Shown here piece by piece: positions 13,078 to 25,369 of a stretch of DNA of 64,000 bases. The notes under the pieces were generated by a model. The model saw only the letters and a list, made by a program, of their open reading frames with translations. It did not search any database and had not been told where the DNA came from. A program made the position numbers and the translations under genes. The first letter of the stretch is position 1; every line of letters begins with the position of its first letter. Location: the NCBI RefSeq assembly GCF_000315625.1, contig NW_005434663.1, positions 62,001-126,000 of the forward strand, read 5' to 3'. The stretch comes from Guillardia theta CCMP2712 (taxonomy: Eukaryota; Protista; Cryptophyta).

Positions 13078-15284
13078 TTAAGAAAAGCTTTGATGACTTT
13101 CAGTTGCTGGCAGGATTAGGCCTTCGAGCGAAAATTCTAGTCCTCCAACCGCCTGACGTGCGTCTCCCTCAGACAGAATCATCACGCTTTGAAACAACTC
13201 AATCCCAAGGCCTACCAAGCTCCCTCGTTGTTTATTCAGCTCTCTCTTGATGGATAAGGTTTGTTCATGCTGCCAACTTGTCGTATTTTCTCGAATGTCT
13301 TGGAGGACAAAGATGAGATTCGCTTTGCTGACATTGTTCAACACAGTAATGTTTGCCAGAATGTCGTACAAAGGTGTAAAAGACACAGAATGCTGCTTTG
13401 CCCTTGTTATCTGGAATAGATACAGTTCTCCTGGTGTCTCAGACAGCATCAAAGCATCCACGCAAGGGAAAGTCTTGGATGAAGGCTTGTAGTACGTTCT
13501 TTCTAGTAGACGGCGATTCAAGCTTTCAGGTCCTCCACAGAATTCCACATATTCACTTCTCATCATCTCAGTCTCAGTCACATGGCTTTGATCTTGCTCC
13601 TCCCCCAACCGCCTTACTTTTCGTTTCCCTCCTTTTCTGAGGATGAGGTGCGAGAGAAATTCAAACAGAACCCAATTTGAAAGTACTTGATCATCCTCCT
13701 CCCTGAAGGCAGCTTTGAAGGCCATGTCGCGATCCCTGTTCATCATGGACCTGGAAATTAAAACCTTTGCATATTCCGAGCAGATCTGAGCCTTCACAGA
13801 GTTGTACGTTGGGCTTGGAACAAGATGTACAACTTTCGAAGGGAGATCGAAGTCTTCATCGTACACAGATCTGACCTTGTCATCGAAATCCTTAACGTCA
13901 GTGATTTTCTTCACTTCCTGAATCAAACTGGAATTTGAATCCGTTAAAAGCATTCTGGGGATGTTTCCCCAAAGCTCGATAGTTCGATTGACTACCGCAT
14001 CGTCTAAGCGTGTCTTGTGCAGCTCTCGAAAGATAGCCATTTCCTCGTCGGTCCATACCGGCAAGAAGTACCGTTTGGCGGTGCCTTCTCTTAACGCTTG
14101 TTTGAAAATACGTTTCTTGGGAGAGGAGAAGATGACGTTCTTGGTGTATGTGCTATAAAAACAAGTTGACTCTGGGTGAAGGTCGCTGAGATACCAACCT
14201 CTGTGCTTGTACAAGATTGATTCGCGATTTTGTTCTCCATTTTTCACACGAAACCAAGAGTCTCCCTTGAAATGAAAGTGATCGTTTCCGCGTTGATAGT
14301 AGACGCTCTCCCGTGTCTGAAGTAGGTACAGAAGCAAATAAAACGCAAAACAAGACTTTCCAATCCCTGGGTTGCCCGTAATGAGGATTGAAGTGAAAGA
14401 TGTCCTGTTTTCTCTTGGTCTTAATGTTTCTCCGTCTAAACCGAAGTTGATCGCAATGATATCCTTGACTTCACGGTAGCACTTCCGTATCAAAAGCTCG
14501 TTTCCATCAAACACCTTTGTTCCTTTCGGCAAACGAACAGTCGTTTGATTGGCATTGATACTTCCAGAACAAGAAACATTCCACAGCCCCATAAGAAATT
14601 CAAGTTCGTCATCCCTTGCTGCTCAAAACAATTCATCACATAAAACCAAGCAAACTTCTTGACTGCTTACCTCCGTCGCTGGAAAAATACTGTGAGATTT
14701 CCTCATGCCGCATTGAATGCTTCTGAAGGTTGAGCTTAAGCTCTTGCAGCTCAGCTTTCTTTGCCGCCTCCTGCGCCCGGAGCTCGGTTTTCTCCTGCTC
14801 ATTGTTGCTCGCGATGATCCTCGCCTGAATATACTCTAGCTCGACTCTCACGCGCTCGATCTCAAGCTGGGCTTTCTCCTGCTCATTGTTGCTCGCGATG
14901 ATCTTCGCCTGAAGCTTCCCGAGTTCGACTCTCACGCGCTCGACCTCAAGCTGGGCTTTCTTCTGCTCATTGTTGTTTGCGATGACCCTCGCCTTTTGCT
15001 TTCGTTTGTCTGCACTGAGCTTCAATCGCCTCTTGTTGGAAAAACCTGCGAGTAGATCATCATCTATCATAGCTTACACTCGTAAAGTATTGCTCGCGAG
15101 TACCTTTCGACGGGCCACTACCACGGAGCTTTGCAAGTGGCGGCATCATGTTCGCTTGGCAGGTGAGGCAGGAAGCAAGACTGAAGTACAATCCTCTTGA
15201 TTCTGCAATCTCTGTGCCATGAGTAGCTGCTTGATGGACCCACAGCACGTGGCGCAGCAGCACCAGCCATAGCGCAGATGCCAT
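13078..15284 (-). CDS. Crinkler/RHS (CR)-type P-loop NTPase + PD-(D/E)xK-like REase protein with N-terminal leader and coiled-coil repeats (3 exons, 699 aa)
   Basis: Exons 15284-15104, 15045-14671 and 14621-13078 join in frame through GT-AG introns of 58 and 49 nt (2100 nt total). Walker A SILITGNPGIGKS; IFSSP; RYFLPVWTDEE; WGNIPR; LFEFLSH; C-terminal YYKPSSKTFPCVDAL...LFQITRAKQH typical of CR NTPase-REase modules. Confidence 0.8.
14780..14990 (-). repeat. 84-bp (28-aa) coding tandem repeat, ~2.5 copies
   Basis: VIANNNEQKKAQLEVERVRVELGKLQAK / IIASNNEQEKAQLEIERVRVELEYIQAR / IIASNNEQEKTEL. Confidence 0.9.
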
Positions 15285-16925
15285 GCCTGCGTCTACTGCT
15301 CTCCGACTCTATGAATTTACTCAATAATGGAAGGGTAGCCAGCAAAGTAGGCATATTTTAAGATCCTCTTCTCCTGCACCAGACTGGCCAGCTGCAACTC
15401 AGGTCTGAATTTCTGCATCATCATCGTCGACATCACAGAAGGCTGAAGACCACCAGCTGCCGCAAGTGCCGCAGCCGCTGCCCGGCCACCGCGGCCGCCG
15501 GCCGGGCCCGCGGCCGCCTCAGTCAAGCGGCAAGTTGCCAAGTCAAATAGCTCGCCCAGTTTCAAGTCTATTTCCGGGTTAGGGGCGGGAATGGCTGTGC
15601 AGAGTGTAATTGTAGACCATAACTTGATTTCATGGTAGGAATGGTTGAACGAAGAGTATCTGGAGAGAACGATCGTGTTATAAAGACAGTGCTTCCTTCC
15701 ATGCCTTGGTTCTGAGAAATCTCAGACAACCTCTTGTACTAAAACCTACGGATTGTGATGGATCACATTTTATTGTTTGTGTTCAACATGTATGCTGTAA
15801 GAAGACGCTCTCTTATTCCGCTTCTCCGCGATGCTCCAGAATGAAAAATTTTGGTCGCGAAACTAGTACTGGAGAATTTTGTCTAGAACTGGGGTGTAGT
15901 GTGGTTTTGATGATACGGAATGATGAATGATGAATGATGTACACCAATCAAGTCAGGAACAACTCGGTCTGCTTTAGTTGTTGACGCACTTTTGTGTGTA
16001 TATCTTTACCCTTTGAACGAGTTCAATTCGTTCTTTGCAAATAATCGGATCTGTTGTTCTAATAATAACCTTCCAGAGGAAGAGAAGATGTTTGCCTTGC
16101 TTCGGGCGAATGAGCAAGCAAATAATTCACACCCTCAAGCTCAGACACATCTCTTCTCCAGGTTGAAATGTTTTGAAATGCGTAAGAGGTATGTACTAAC
16201 ACAAGTCTTTCAGGGAGGAGATGCAATATTGCGACAAACACTGTGAGAAATATGTGAATCTGTGGGAAGCCAACAACCACAGTGAGAAACGTGAATAGCT
16301 TTCCGCGTCATTTGCTGACTTGTTCTGTAGTCTATGAAAATCCAGCGATCTATGAAAACCTCAATTTCAACCCTAACGCATGGTTTCATGAGCCGCAACC
16401 TTGATTCTTAAGACAAACCTTGACAAAGTTCATTTTCAACATTTGTGATAGACGACTGTAGACATGTAGTAAGGTGCTTGTTTGTTTTTGAGTGATATGT
16501 GCACACAACACTACAAGGTGGGATGAATAAAAAAGATAAATTGTGCAGCCGCAATGCCACAGCATCAAGCAAGCGGAATACATCCATGCTAATAAATGCA
16601 TTTCTGAAGCTAAATCCTTGCATGTGCCAAACACCAATCTACTGTACGTCACATTGCGAAAGGCTTGTGAGAGATCCTGCGAATATGCTTGTGGGCGATC
16701 TTGCTGAGATTCTTTTCGTTGTTTTTATTGAACATGTGAACATGTACAATCTATGTAGTAGGTAAAGGAGGATTTCGTACTGGACAGCCAGCACACGTTT
16801 GTTACCACTGGGTAAGTTGATAAGAGAACACAAGGAGAGTTACTTGGAAGAATTCAACCGATGGTTGACAGCTAGAATACAAACAATAATCAAGCTCCAC
16901 TTGAAAACGATAGCAAGGATCGACT

Positions 16926-17465
16926 TCAGTCCACAGGGGGCATTGGGGGTCCTTCGTCATTGTTTGGGCCATCTCTGGATGGCTTGCCCTGCAACTGCTA
17001 TAAGAACTCAACAATTTTCGAGTTATGACGCGTACCGGAGGAAGTGCCCGCTGTCGGGTATTCATCCTCTGAAGCATGCTGAACATGAAGAACAGCAGCG
17101 GAAGGGCCATAAAACCAGCGAGGAGGAACGTGTCAGAATCGAATGGGTCGCTCTCTTGGCCAGGTATCTGATGCAGAGGGTCTGCCACCAACAATCATCC
17201 GTCAATTTATTCACACGTGCTTGCATGCTTTGACAAGAAGACCAATCGACATCACAAAGATAAACTCTCACCTTCGCTACATTCCCCGTTGGCACAGTAG
17301 CGATAGCGCTGCAGCTGTAGTGAATGTTCAGTATATCATATTAATTGTAATGTCGATGACATCTCGGGAATTCACCAAATGACAAAAACCCACCTGTCTT
17401 GCAAGTTTGTCCCAGAAGGCTTGCATGTCGCCACAGCACATGCAACAAAGATCTTGCCAATTCAT
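16926..17465 (-). CDS. SMIM14: Small integral membrane protein 14 (DUF2615) homologue, 4 exons
   Basis: Manual splice gives MNWQDLCCMCCGDMQAFWDKLARQ|LQRYRYCANGECSE|DPLHQIPG...FLLAGFMALPLLFFMF...ALPP|QLQGKPSRDGPNNDEGPPMPPVD*. This matches the SMIM14 pattern: N-terminal Cys, YC..EC, single TM, GKP...PP.PPVD C-terminus. Confidence 0.75.
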
Positions 17466-18642
17466 GGTTCTTTTAGATGAGAGATACACAGGTCCTTGAA
17501 CTCAAGATATAGGATGACAGAAATTCACCCGCTGCCCTTTATCTGTGTTCAGACCACTGGGGCACTGTGAACTGCCTGACGACTTTCCAGTTGCACCAGA
17601 ACCTGACCCTCCGTGCACCAGCCAACAAACGATGGCAGGCAACAAGCGAACCTGTGCCGATGAAGACAGGCAAGAGGAAGTGCGTCCAAGAGGAAGAACT
17701 GATGAGAAGCAAGGGGGCAAAGAAGAAAGACGAAGAGGATGAGGAAAGTGGAACGCGGCGCTTCCTCTGAAGACCTCCGGCTCCTCCCGCAGGGGGGTAG
17801 ACTTTGATTTCCGCTGGGGGTCTCAAGAGGAAGTTGGGGTGAAGGACCCGTACCAAATGGAGACCATGGTATCTTTTTGGGGTATCCTGAGGGGAATGTG
17901 AAATAGCATAGTGTCTCTAGAGGGAAAGTATCAAGGTATCAACAGTGTCTCATCATGAATGGCTCCCTACCCTTGTTTGGAAACATATGCAACCTGGTAT
18001 TGAAGAATGACCCACCCACAATCCCTATTTATTGTATAATTGACTAAACTAGTGTTGGAATATTCTATCATAGAATTTCTGTATTGTACTTTCTTGAAGA
18101 CCCACCCCCAAAAGGTACAATTAGGATCCATGTACCCCTGGTGGAATATTCTTGGCACTACTATCATCCCCAACTATCCTTACCCCAACTTACCAATCCT
18201 GGGAAGCCATATCCTACTCACACGCTGGGGAAAAGGAGGGGTACTGCGAATACCCTCACCCCACCTCTCCCAAACACTTGCAACATGACCCCTACCCCCT
18301 CTATTCAGAGGATGAAAGGGGGTAAAGAAACTATTTCCTTTTTATCGGCACATCCTGCTCCATCTCCTCCTGCTCCTCCTGCTCCTCCTGCTCCTCCTGC
18401 TCCTCCTGCTCCCTCTCTCTTCCTCTTCCTGCTCCTTTTTCTCCCTCCTGTTAAAATATTGTAAACGAAACAACTCGTTATTAAATTATTTTAAAAAATT
18501 TTAACGTTATATTTGTATAAAGAATGTCAATTTCGTAGTTTAACGTTATTTCTATGAAGCACCGCCGGGCCCGCCAGCTAGAGTCGCTCCGAGAGCCTCA
18601 ACCATGTCGGGGAGGTCGAGGAGGTGACGAGTAACAGAGAGG

Positions 18643-21149
18643 ATGGGGTGTAGGAGGCGAGGATCGCACCAGATTGTCGCAATGGCGGCATTTGTGTTCA
18701 TGGCCTCAGGAGACACGACCAAGGTAGACGAGAAAGATAGAGAGAGGATGGACAAGCCCCATGAAAGGAGGAAATGGGAAACAAGAGTTGGGAGGGTCTG
18801 GGAAGGCGTGTATGACTTGAAGCACTCTGGTGCCGGCATGAGGGAGAGTGATTCAATACCAATTGGAAGTGGGGATGCAGCGGCAAATGTTTGGGTGGCT
18901 AACGATGGTACAATGATATTTCTGCTCGCAAAAAACGACGCATGGTCTGAAAATGGTCGGTTGTTAAAGTTGGGTGAAGTGAGGTTGCGCCTGCGGCCAA
19001 GCATGCTTCTAGCGAACATGAGGGCAAGATTGCATGTCAACAATGCTACAATTGTTGTCAAGCTCGATAGCGGGATTACCATCCAATCATGGTTTGATAT
19101 GACCGGAGGAGGGCTGCTGGTTCAAGTATGGGACCCGTCCTCTCAAACCGAGGTCGAGCTAACTTTGCACACGTGGAGAAGCAAACGACGACCATTTGAA
19201 GCTGGAGAGGAAGGGAGTGCGTCGGGAGCTAACTGCAGGCCTCGCTTCATCTACCCAGACGTGGTTGCCGATGACGAGAATGACGCGATCGTCTGGTTTC
19301 ACCGCAATGAGAATCGCTCGATTTACCGGGAGCTGCTGGAGAACGAGGCTCTTAGCAACATACCCGAGGCCAGGGATGCTCCCGATCCTCTTTTGAACCG
19401 CACATTCGGTGGCATCATATCGGGCAAGAGCTCTGTTGCCGGAGAGGGAAGGAAATCAGTGAGTTTCAAGAAGACTTCAAGGATCACCCTTGAGAGCTCC
19501 GTCAAGAGTTCTTACCATGAGATGAGAGCCTTCTTCCACACAGCCACAACGCGCTCGCCTCAGGAATGGGTCGATCGCGTCGTGAGCCTTCGCGCCAAGG
19601 GCGAGGAGGCAGAGGCTGGTTCAATCTCATTCGCCAATGATAGATGGTGGCGACACTTCTGGCTGCGATCATGGATTCAGCTCTGCACCGATGCAGAGCA
19701 TGCAGCCAACAGGTGCCCGGAGGAGAAGTTCGCGGTAGAGAGAGGATTCGTGCTCGAGCGCCTGCTGCACGCCCTGTCGTCTAGGGGAATGTTCCCGATC
19801 AAGTTTAACGGGAACTTGTTCACAGTGAAGGGAGACAAGTATGACCCCGATTACCGGCAATGGGGAGGCATGTACTGGTTCCAAAACACCCGCCTGCCGT
19901 ACTGGGGGATGATGGCGAGCGGGGATGGCGAGCTGATGCAGCCGTTCTTTGACATGTACTGGAAGAGCTGCCGCCTGCACAGGACGAGGGTCAAGACATG
20001 GTTCGGTCACAACGGCAGTTACATCCCCGAGACGATGCACTGGTGGGGGGCATATGGGGATGGCGACTACGGATGCTCACGTGAGAGGAGGCCGAGCTGG
20101 ATGATCCAGAGCTCGTACATTCGACATTACTACACTCCCAGCCTGGAGCTTGCTGTGATGGCGTGCGACTGGTACAAGCACACGAAGAGGGACCAATTCT
20201 TGAAAGATGTGTTGCTTCCCCTGAGCGATGACATCCTTACTTTCTTCGAACAACACTTTCCAACAGACCTCAACGGGATCTTCGTTCTCTCCCCCTCGCA
20301 GTCTTTGGAGACATACCAGAATGCTATCAACCCTCTCCCGGACTTGGCTGGTCTGCGGAGTTTGATTCAAGAGCTCTTGCAAATTCCGCACCAGTCAATC
20401 AGTGACGAGAAGCGGGAGTGGTGGGAGAATCTTCTTTCGAAGGTTCCAGACCTGCCTATTATGCCTGTACCGGACGAGACATGCTCGGTGCGCAATTACC
20501 AGGTCGACTTCTCTCTCAACGATGACGCAGGACAATACTCCATGCTCGCCCCTGCAGAAGCCTGGAGCCCAGTAACAAGGAACTACGAGAACCCTGCTCT
20601 CTATGCCGTGTTTCCTTTCCGCCTCTTCCAAATGGGAAAGGATCCTCCTCCTTCCCTCTCCTTCAACGTGGCTCTTCAGGCGTATGCTCGAAGGCCATTC
20701 CCGTGCAACCGTGGTTGGTGCCAGGACGCTGTTCATGCGGCGCACTTGGGTCTTGCGCATGACGCCATGAAGCTTGTGGTGCAGAGGTTCATGTCGACCA
20801 GCCTCTTCTTCCCCGCCTTCTGGACCATGTACTTTGACTACACCCCCGAAGTCGATACCGGAGCTGTTGCCAAGCTGGCCCTCCAGTCCATGCTCGTGCA
20901 GTACGATGGAGATAGCATCATGCTATTCCCTGCCTGGCCGAGGGAGTGGCCGGTGAGCTTCCGTCTACATGCTCCCGCAGAGACGGTGAGAACTTTCACA
21001 TGTCGGCTGTTCCGACTGACTCAGTGACTTGTTACGGTGATTGAACTTAGGTCGTCGAGGCCTCCTGCGTGGATGGAGTCGTCGAGCATCTTGTGGTCGA
21101 TCCGCCTCATCGCATCGCTGACATCACCTTTCCTGGTTCGTGTGCTTAG
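18643..21149 (+). CDS. DUF5703 / GH95-like (alpha/alpha)6 glycoside hydrolase, bacterial-like
   Basis: 794-aa ORF with SIPIGSGDAAANVWV..LLAKNDAWSENGRLLKLGEVRL, FPIKFNGNLFTV, PDYRQWGGMYWFQNTRLPYW, PSQSLETY, NYENPALYAVFPF, GWCQD, ALQSMLVQ, LFPAWPREWPVSFRLHAP. One 3' intron (~20984-21050), then VVEASCVDGVVEHLVVDP...*. Confidence 0.85.
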
Positions 21150-21439
21150 TTGAACCTCAGGTGATCGGACGCCGCTGACTGTCAGAGCCTACAGGAAGCT
21201 CGTGCCGCGCTGATCAATGACCGCGTCTGAGTCTGGCAGAGTTCACGCCGGGCCGCGGGCTGCGGCCAGTCACACGTCAGTGACTCGGAGTCTCCGAGCC
21301 TCGGAGGCTCAGCGGACGCATTCAATGATTTGAAGTTGAGTCAGGCTGACCGGGCCCGGGAGCCCGCCGGGCCGCCATCGAGTCACACCCGGGCCACTGG
21401 CCCACAGTACGGTCACCCGACATTCTGTCCACTGTCTTT

Positions 21440-21520
21440 TTTACTCAAGGTTAAGTTAAAATCAGTCCGGTTTCCATTCCATGAGGCTTTACTCAAGGTT
21501 AAGTTAAAACCAGTACGAGG
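21440..21520 (+). repeat. Two copies of the intergenic motif TTACTCAAGGTTAAGTTAAAA (third variant copy at 41937-41970)
   Basis: 21441-21461 and 21489-21509 are identical; 41937 reads ttactcaaagttaagttaaaaaatcagttcgagg. Confidence 0.85.
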
Positions 21521-21689
21521 ACGGCCAGGAGCCTTGAATGGAGGAGACAGTACTAAAAGCCTGATAGTGCGAGAAGATCTTTAACTAAAAGATAGTGTAC
21601 TAGTAGTGAGCACCTCATAGAGTCGAGCCTCGGTCATTCCGGGCCGACGCCGGTCACTGACTTCATTGACCACCGGTAATTTTACAGTT

Positions 21690-22720
21690 CTAAAGGGGGG
21701 TTGCCCTGCTATCTTTTTTTTTTTCACCACGGGTGCATCGTTTTATATCATACTGAGGGGTGGGGATGGTTTTACTGCTTCAAACTTGACAATGTACCTC
21801 ACAACTGATGGGGGTGGGGGTACCCACCCCGGGTAGAATCCTTTCTCCTTCCCGTCGTCTGGTGGGTTTGAAGGCGATAAAGGGATATATAGGGGTCCTT
21901 CTTGGATTATTTATTGGGAAAATGAGGGGTAGTGTAAAGTCAACCAGGGTGGGGGATAAAGATATTAGCTAGAGCACGGGTAGCAGAAAAGGTAGAGGGG
22001 TCAGGAAGAGGGTACTATTCCTATGATTCATGAGGGTCTGATTGCCAGAGGGTGGGGTCAAGGTCCGAATTGGGACATCAAAGTTAGTAGGTGGGGTGGT
22101 AAGGCGAGAAGCCGTAGAAGGAGGGGGGTAGAATTAGAATTTTGTTGGGGGTAGGGTAGTAAGAAGACTGGGGTAATCAGGAATTTTTTAATAGTTGTGC
22201 AGGGGGTAAAAGGGAAAAATAAGGGTGGGGTGATATTTATGGGGTGGGTGTTATTTTTTGTAGGGGTTGCGAGAATGTCCTTCAGACCTTGTACAGGGTG
22301 GATATGCTTTGCTGGGGTCATGACAAGGGTGGGTAGGGGTGGTATTCCGTGTGCTACAGTGTGGACCAGATGGGTAGGGCGTACAAGAATGTAAGTTTGT
22401 GGGTGGGGTGAATTCATATCCGCATATATCACGGAGGTCCTAGGTTTGGTGGGTTTCCATAGTATTAGATAATTGGGTGGGGTTATTTTGGTCGTGCCGT
22501 CCGGTGGTGTGGTTGATGAGTCGTGATTCGTGCAGGGGTTATATTAGTGATGTGGAAAAAAGGGGTCCATGACCAATTCAGTAGGGTAGGGGTAGAGAAC
22601 TGTAGCAGGTACCTGGGGTAGTATTGGAAACAGGGGTGTGTGAAGATTTAAGGGGGGTAGAGGTGAAGGGGTAGTTCCACGGGTTGGTCAGAGGGGGTGG
22701 AGGGTGATCGAATGGATCGG
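21690..22720 (+). other. G-run-rich intergenic tract (GGGGTAG/GGGTGGG motifs)
   Basis: Dense G3-G7 runs on one strand; similar tracts at 17790-18330, 34540-34800, 41470-41720 (C-rich), 43770-44320 and 50810-50920. Confidence 0.7.
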
Positions 22721-23558
22721 AGCAACTGAAATGAGATGGGTGGGAATGAAAGAAAGGAGGGGAAGGCGAGGGTGAGGGGACGCAGGAGGGAGAGAGGAAA
22801 TGAGGAGTAGGAGGAATTAAACAGCTTGAAGTTGCAGGAACATGCTGTGATTGAAGTGAATCTATGTTCTTGTTGCTCCTGCTCATCTTTCCATCGGACC
22901 GGAATTGATGTACCTGATCATATCGAAGATAACATGGAAGGGAGGGAAGGAAGACATAGAGGAGCAAAGACAGTTGAGTGATCAAAGCATGTCTTCCTTT
23001 ACTATGATTCGGGAGCTTGTAGTTCACGAAACTATGCAAACCAACGGGCATGGGTAGATGTGAGACAAGAGGGAATACACAGGAACGATGGACAAGGAAG
23101 GAAAGGAGAACAGAGCAGAGGGAAAGTGTTTTAGGGGTTGGAAGTAAAGTTTATGAGACGTTTATGATTTCTAATGTAAACAAAGGAACATACGTGAGCA
23201 GGGTTCTTTGTCAATTGGAGGATTATGTGCATTGGAGCTGAACCATTTTGTTAGGTTATTATGCGTCAATAAGCGAGCAAGGCTTGTTGACCTCCTGAAA
23301 CGCCGCCTTCCGACAACTTGTTGTCAACATTGTCTAGGATGTTGAGAAGGACGTGCATATGAATCTAGCGAAGGAATATCTCAATCTTAACCACCAACAT
23401 TCAACGGGTACCACCAGCTAAGGGGTCAGACATATCGTCGACTCTGACCCCAATTTAGAAATATTATCCTCCTCGTACTTTAGCATCCTGCAAAATTTCG
23501 ACTGTTATCAGTGTCTTGCTCGAGGTGTAACAGAGAGTTGAGAGGTCTCTGACAAAAC

Positions 23559-25369
23559 ATGTTGAACGTTACTTGCCATGAACATTGTCCCCTGCAAAAC
23601 TCATCAGCAGTATGCTTGAGCTTGAGTGGGTGTCTGTGGAACAATGTGACAAATTCTTGCTATGTCGGAGAGGGGCAGATAACAAAGGATGCGTGGATTG
23701 GAATCATTCTATCCCTGCTCGGAGACATAATCATCAAGTGCGTCCTTGTTTGTTCTCACCGAGTTCCCTGTTGTGATCATTTTGTGCAGTGTCGGGATGA
23801 ACTGCATGAAGTATGCGCACAATATCAACATAGATCCAGAATCAAAAATGCCCTTGAAGCATTTCACAAGGATACCGTGGTGGTAAGTGTGAAGATGAAA
23901 GGTCGTTTCATGTTTAATCATGTTGCAGGTGGTTTGGAATTCTTGGAATAATTGGTGGGGAAGTTGGAAACCTGATTGCGTACGGCTATGCACCTGCAGC
24001 AATTGTAACTCCGATAGGATCTATCGGTGTAGTGACGAATGTCTTGATCACGACATGGGTCCTCAAGGAGCCGCTGACGATACTGAATATCTTCGGTGTC
24101 TTGTGTGTGGTTGCTGGGATTGTCATTGTGGTGTTGTTCGCTCCAAAGGCGGTCATTACCTTCTCATCTAGGACGGTGTGGAACGATGTTATCTTTACAC
24201 GACACTTTGGGATCTACTTGGCAGTGCTCGCTGGCTCATTGATGATAATGATTCCTGTGAGCAGGAAGTATGGGAAGAAGTCAGTGTTAATTTACATCAT
24301 CATGTGCGCAATCATTGCCTCGTTGACCATTGTCTGCGCGAAATCCTTCTCGACTCTCTTGATTAGCTCTGCTGAGAATGGCATCGGAACCGAGCTGCTC
24401 TCCCCTTGGCCGTACATCTTCCTCATTGTCATGGTCATCACCGCGGTGCTGAGCATGGGCTACGTCAACAAGGCGATGATGATTTTCGACAACTCGCAGG
24501 TAAGAAGCATGAAGGGCTATCCTGCTTCCTCTGACAGCACTGTCCACGTTCAGGTTGTTCCTACATACTTCTCTCTCTTCACGACAGCGAGTGTGGGAGC
24601 AGTCGGGTGGGTTTACCACGAGTTCGATTGCTTCATTGGTGAGAGCTTGTTGCATCCTTGCTCTTTCGCTGATTAGGGTTGAACTTGAAGATCTGACTAA
24701 AAGCATTCTCTTCCTCGTCGGAATCATGACAGCGATGATTGGGGTCTTTCTTGTCCAACAGGTGGCTGTCTCCCTCCCAGCTGTCGGTTCTCACCTCTTT
24801 GCTCCGCAGGGCATCCGTTACACCGACAACCGGATCTGCCCCGACGACGAGACATGCGAAGGGAGCGTCTTCTCGAGAGAAAGCTCCTGCTCAGAAGAGA
24901 AGATGCTCTCCGAATGCTCAGCCCAGACGCTGCAGGACTCAGAGGCGCCTGTCCGCTGCTGCCCAGAGCTGGAGGTTGACTATCTTGCCGAGAGCAACCA
25001 AGATCGGATGTCAGACTCGACTACCATCCAAGATGTAAATGAGCATGCCAGCGCCGTACTAGCGCTCACTCTCCTGCAGGACAAGGACTTGAGCCTGACG
25101 AAGAGCAACGGGCATGTTGAGCAGGTGGAGGTTCCTGGCAACGAGGCGCCTGCGGTCCTGACAGCCGAGTCGGAGCAGAAGTATGCGACAGCAGTGGCCG
25201 AGGATGATGGGAATCATCGCAAGACACGGCTGCCGAGGAAGATGGTGAGGGAGAGGGTTCGTGCTGATGGCTCTGACCTGCTCTCCAGCTCGATACCACC
25301 TGCAGCATCAACCAGATCCGCCCGCTGCCGCCATTGAGCAGCTCAAATCCGTCCGAGGGAGAGCGATAG
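23559..25369 (+). CDS. NIPA-family magnesium transporter (DMT superfamily)
   Basis: WIGIILSLLGDIIIN|VGMNCMKYAH, PWW|WFGILGIIGGEVGNLIAYGYAPAAIVTPIGSIGVVTNVLITTWVLKE, YVNKAMMIFDNSQ|VVPTYFSLFTT. Confidence 0.92.

Noticed and set aside
15700-16800. Possible small spliced plus-strand gene ending YENPAIYENLNFNPNAWFHEPQP*
   Set aside because: Splice-like signals are present but I could not build a consistent frame without an implausibly short (25-nt) intron
21440-21520. Repeat-spacer-repeat resembling a mini CRISPR array
   Set aside because: Only two adjacent copies, eukaryotic context, no cas genes
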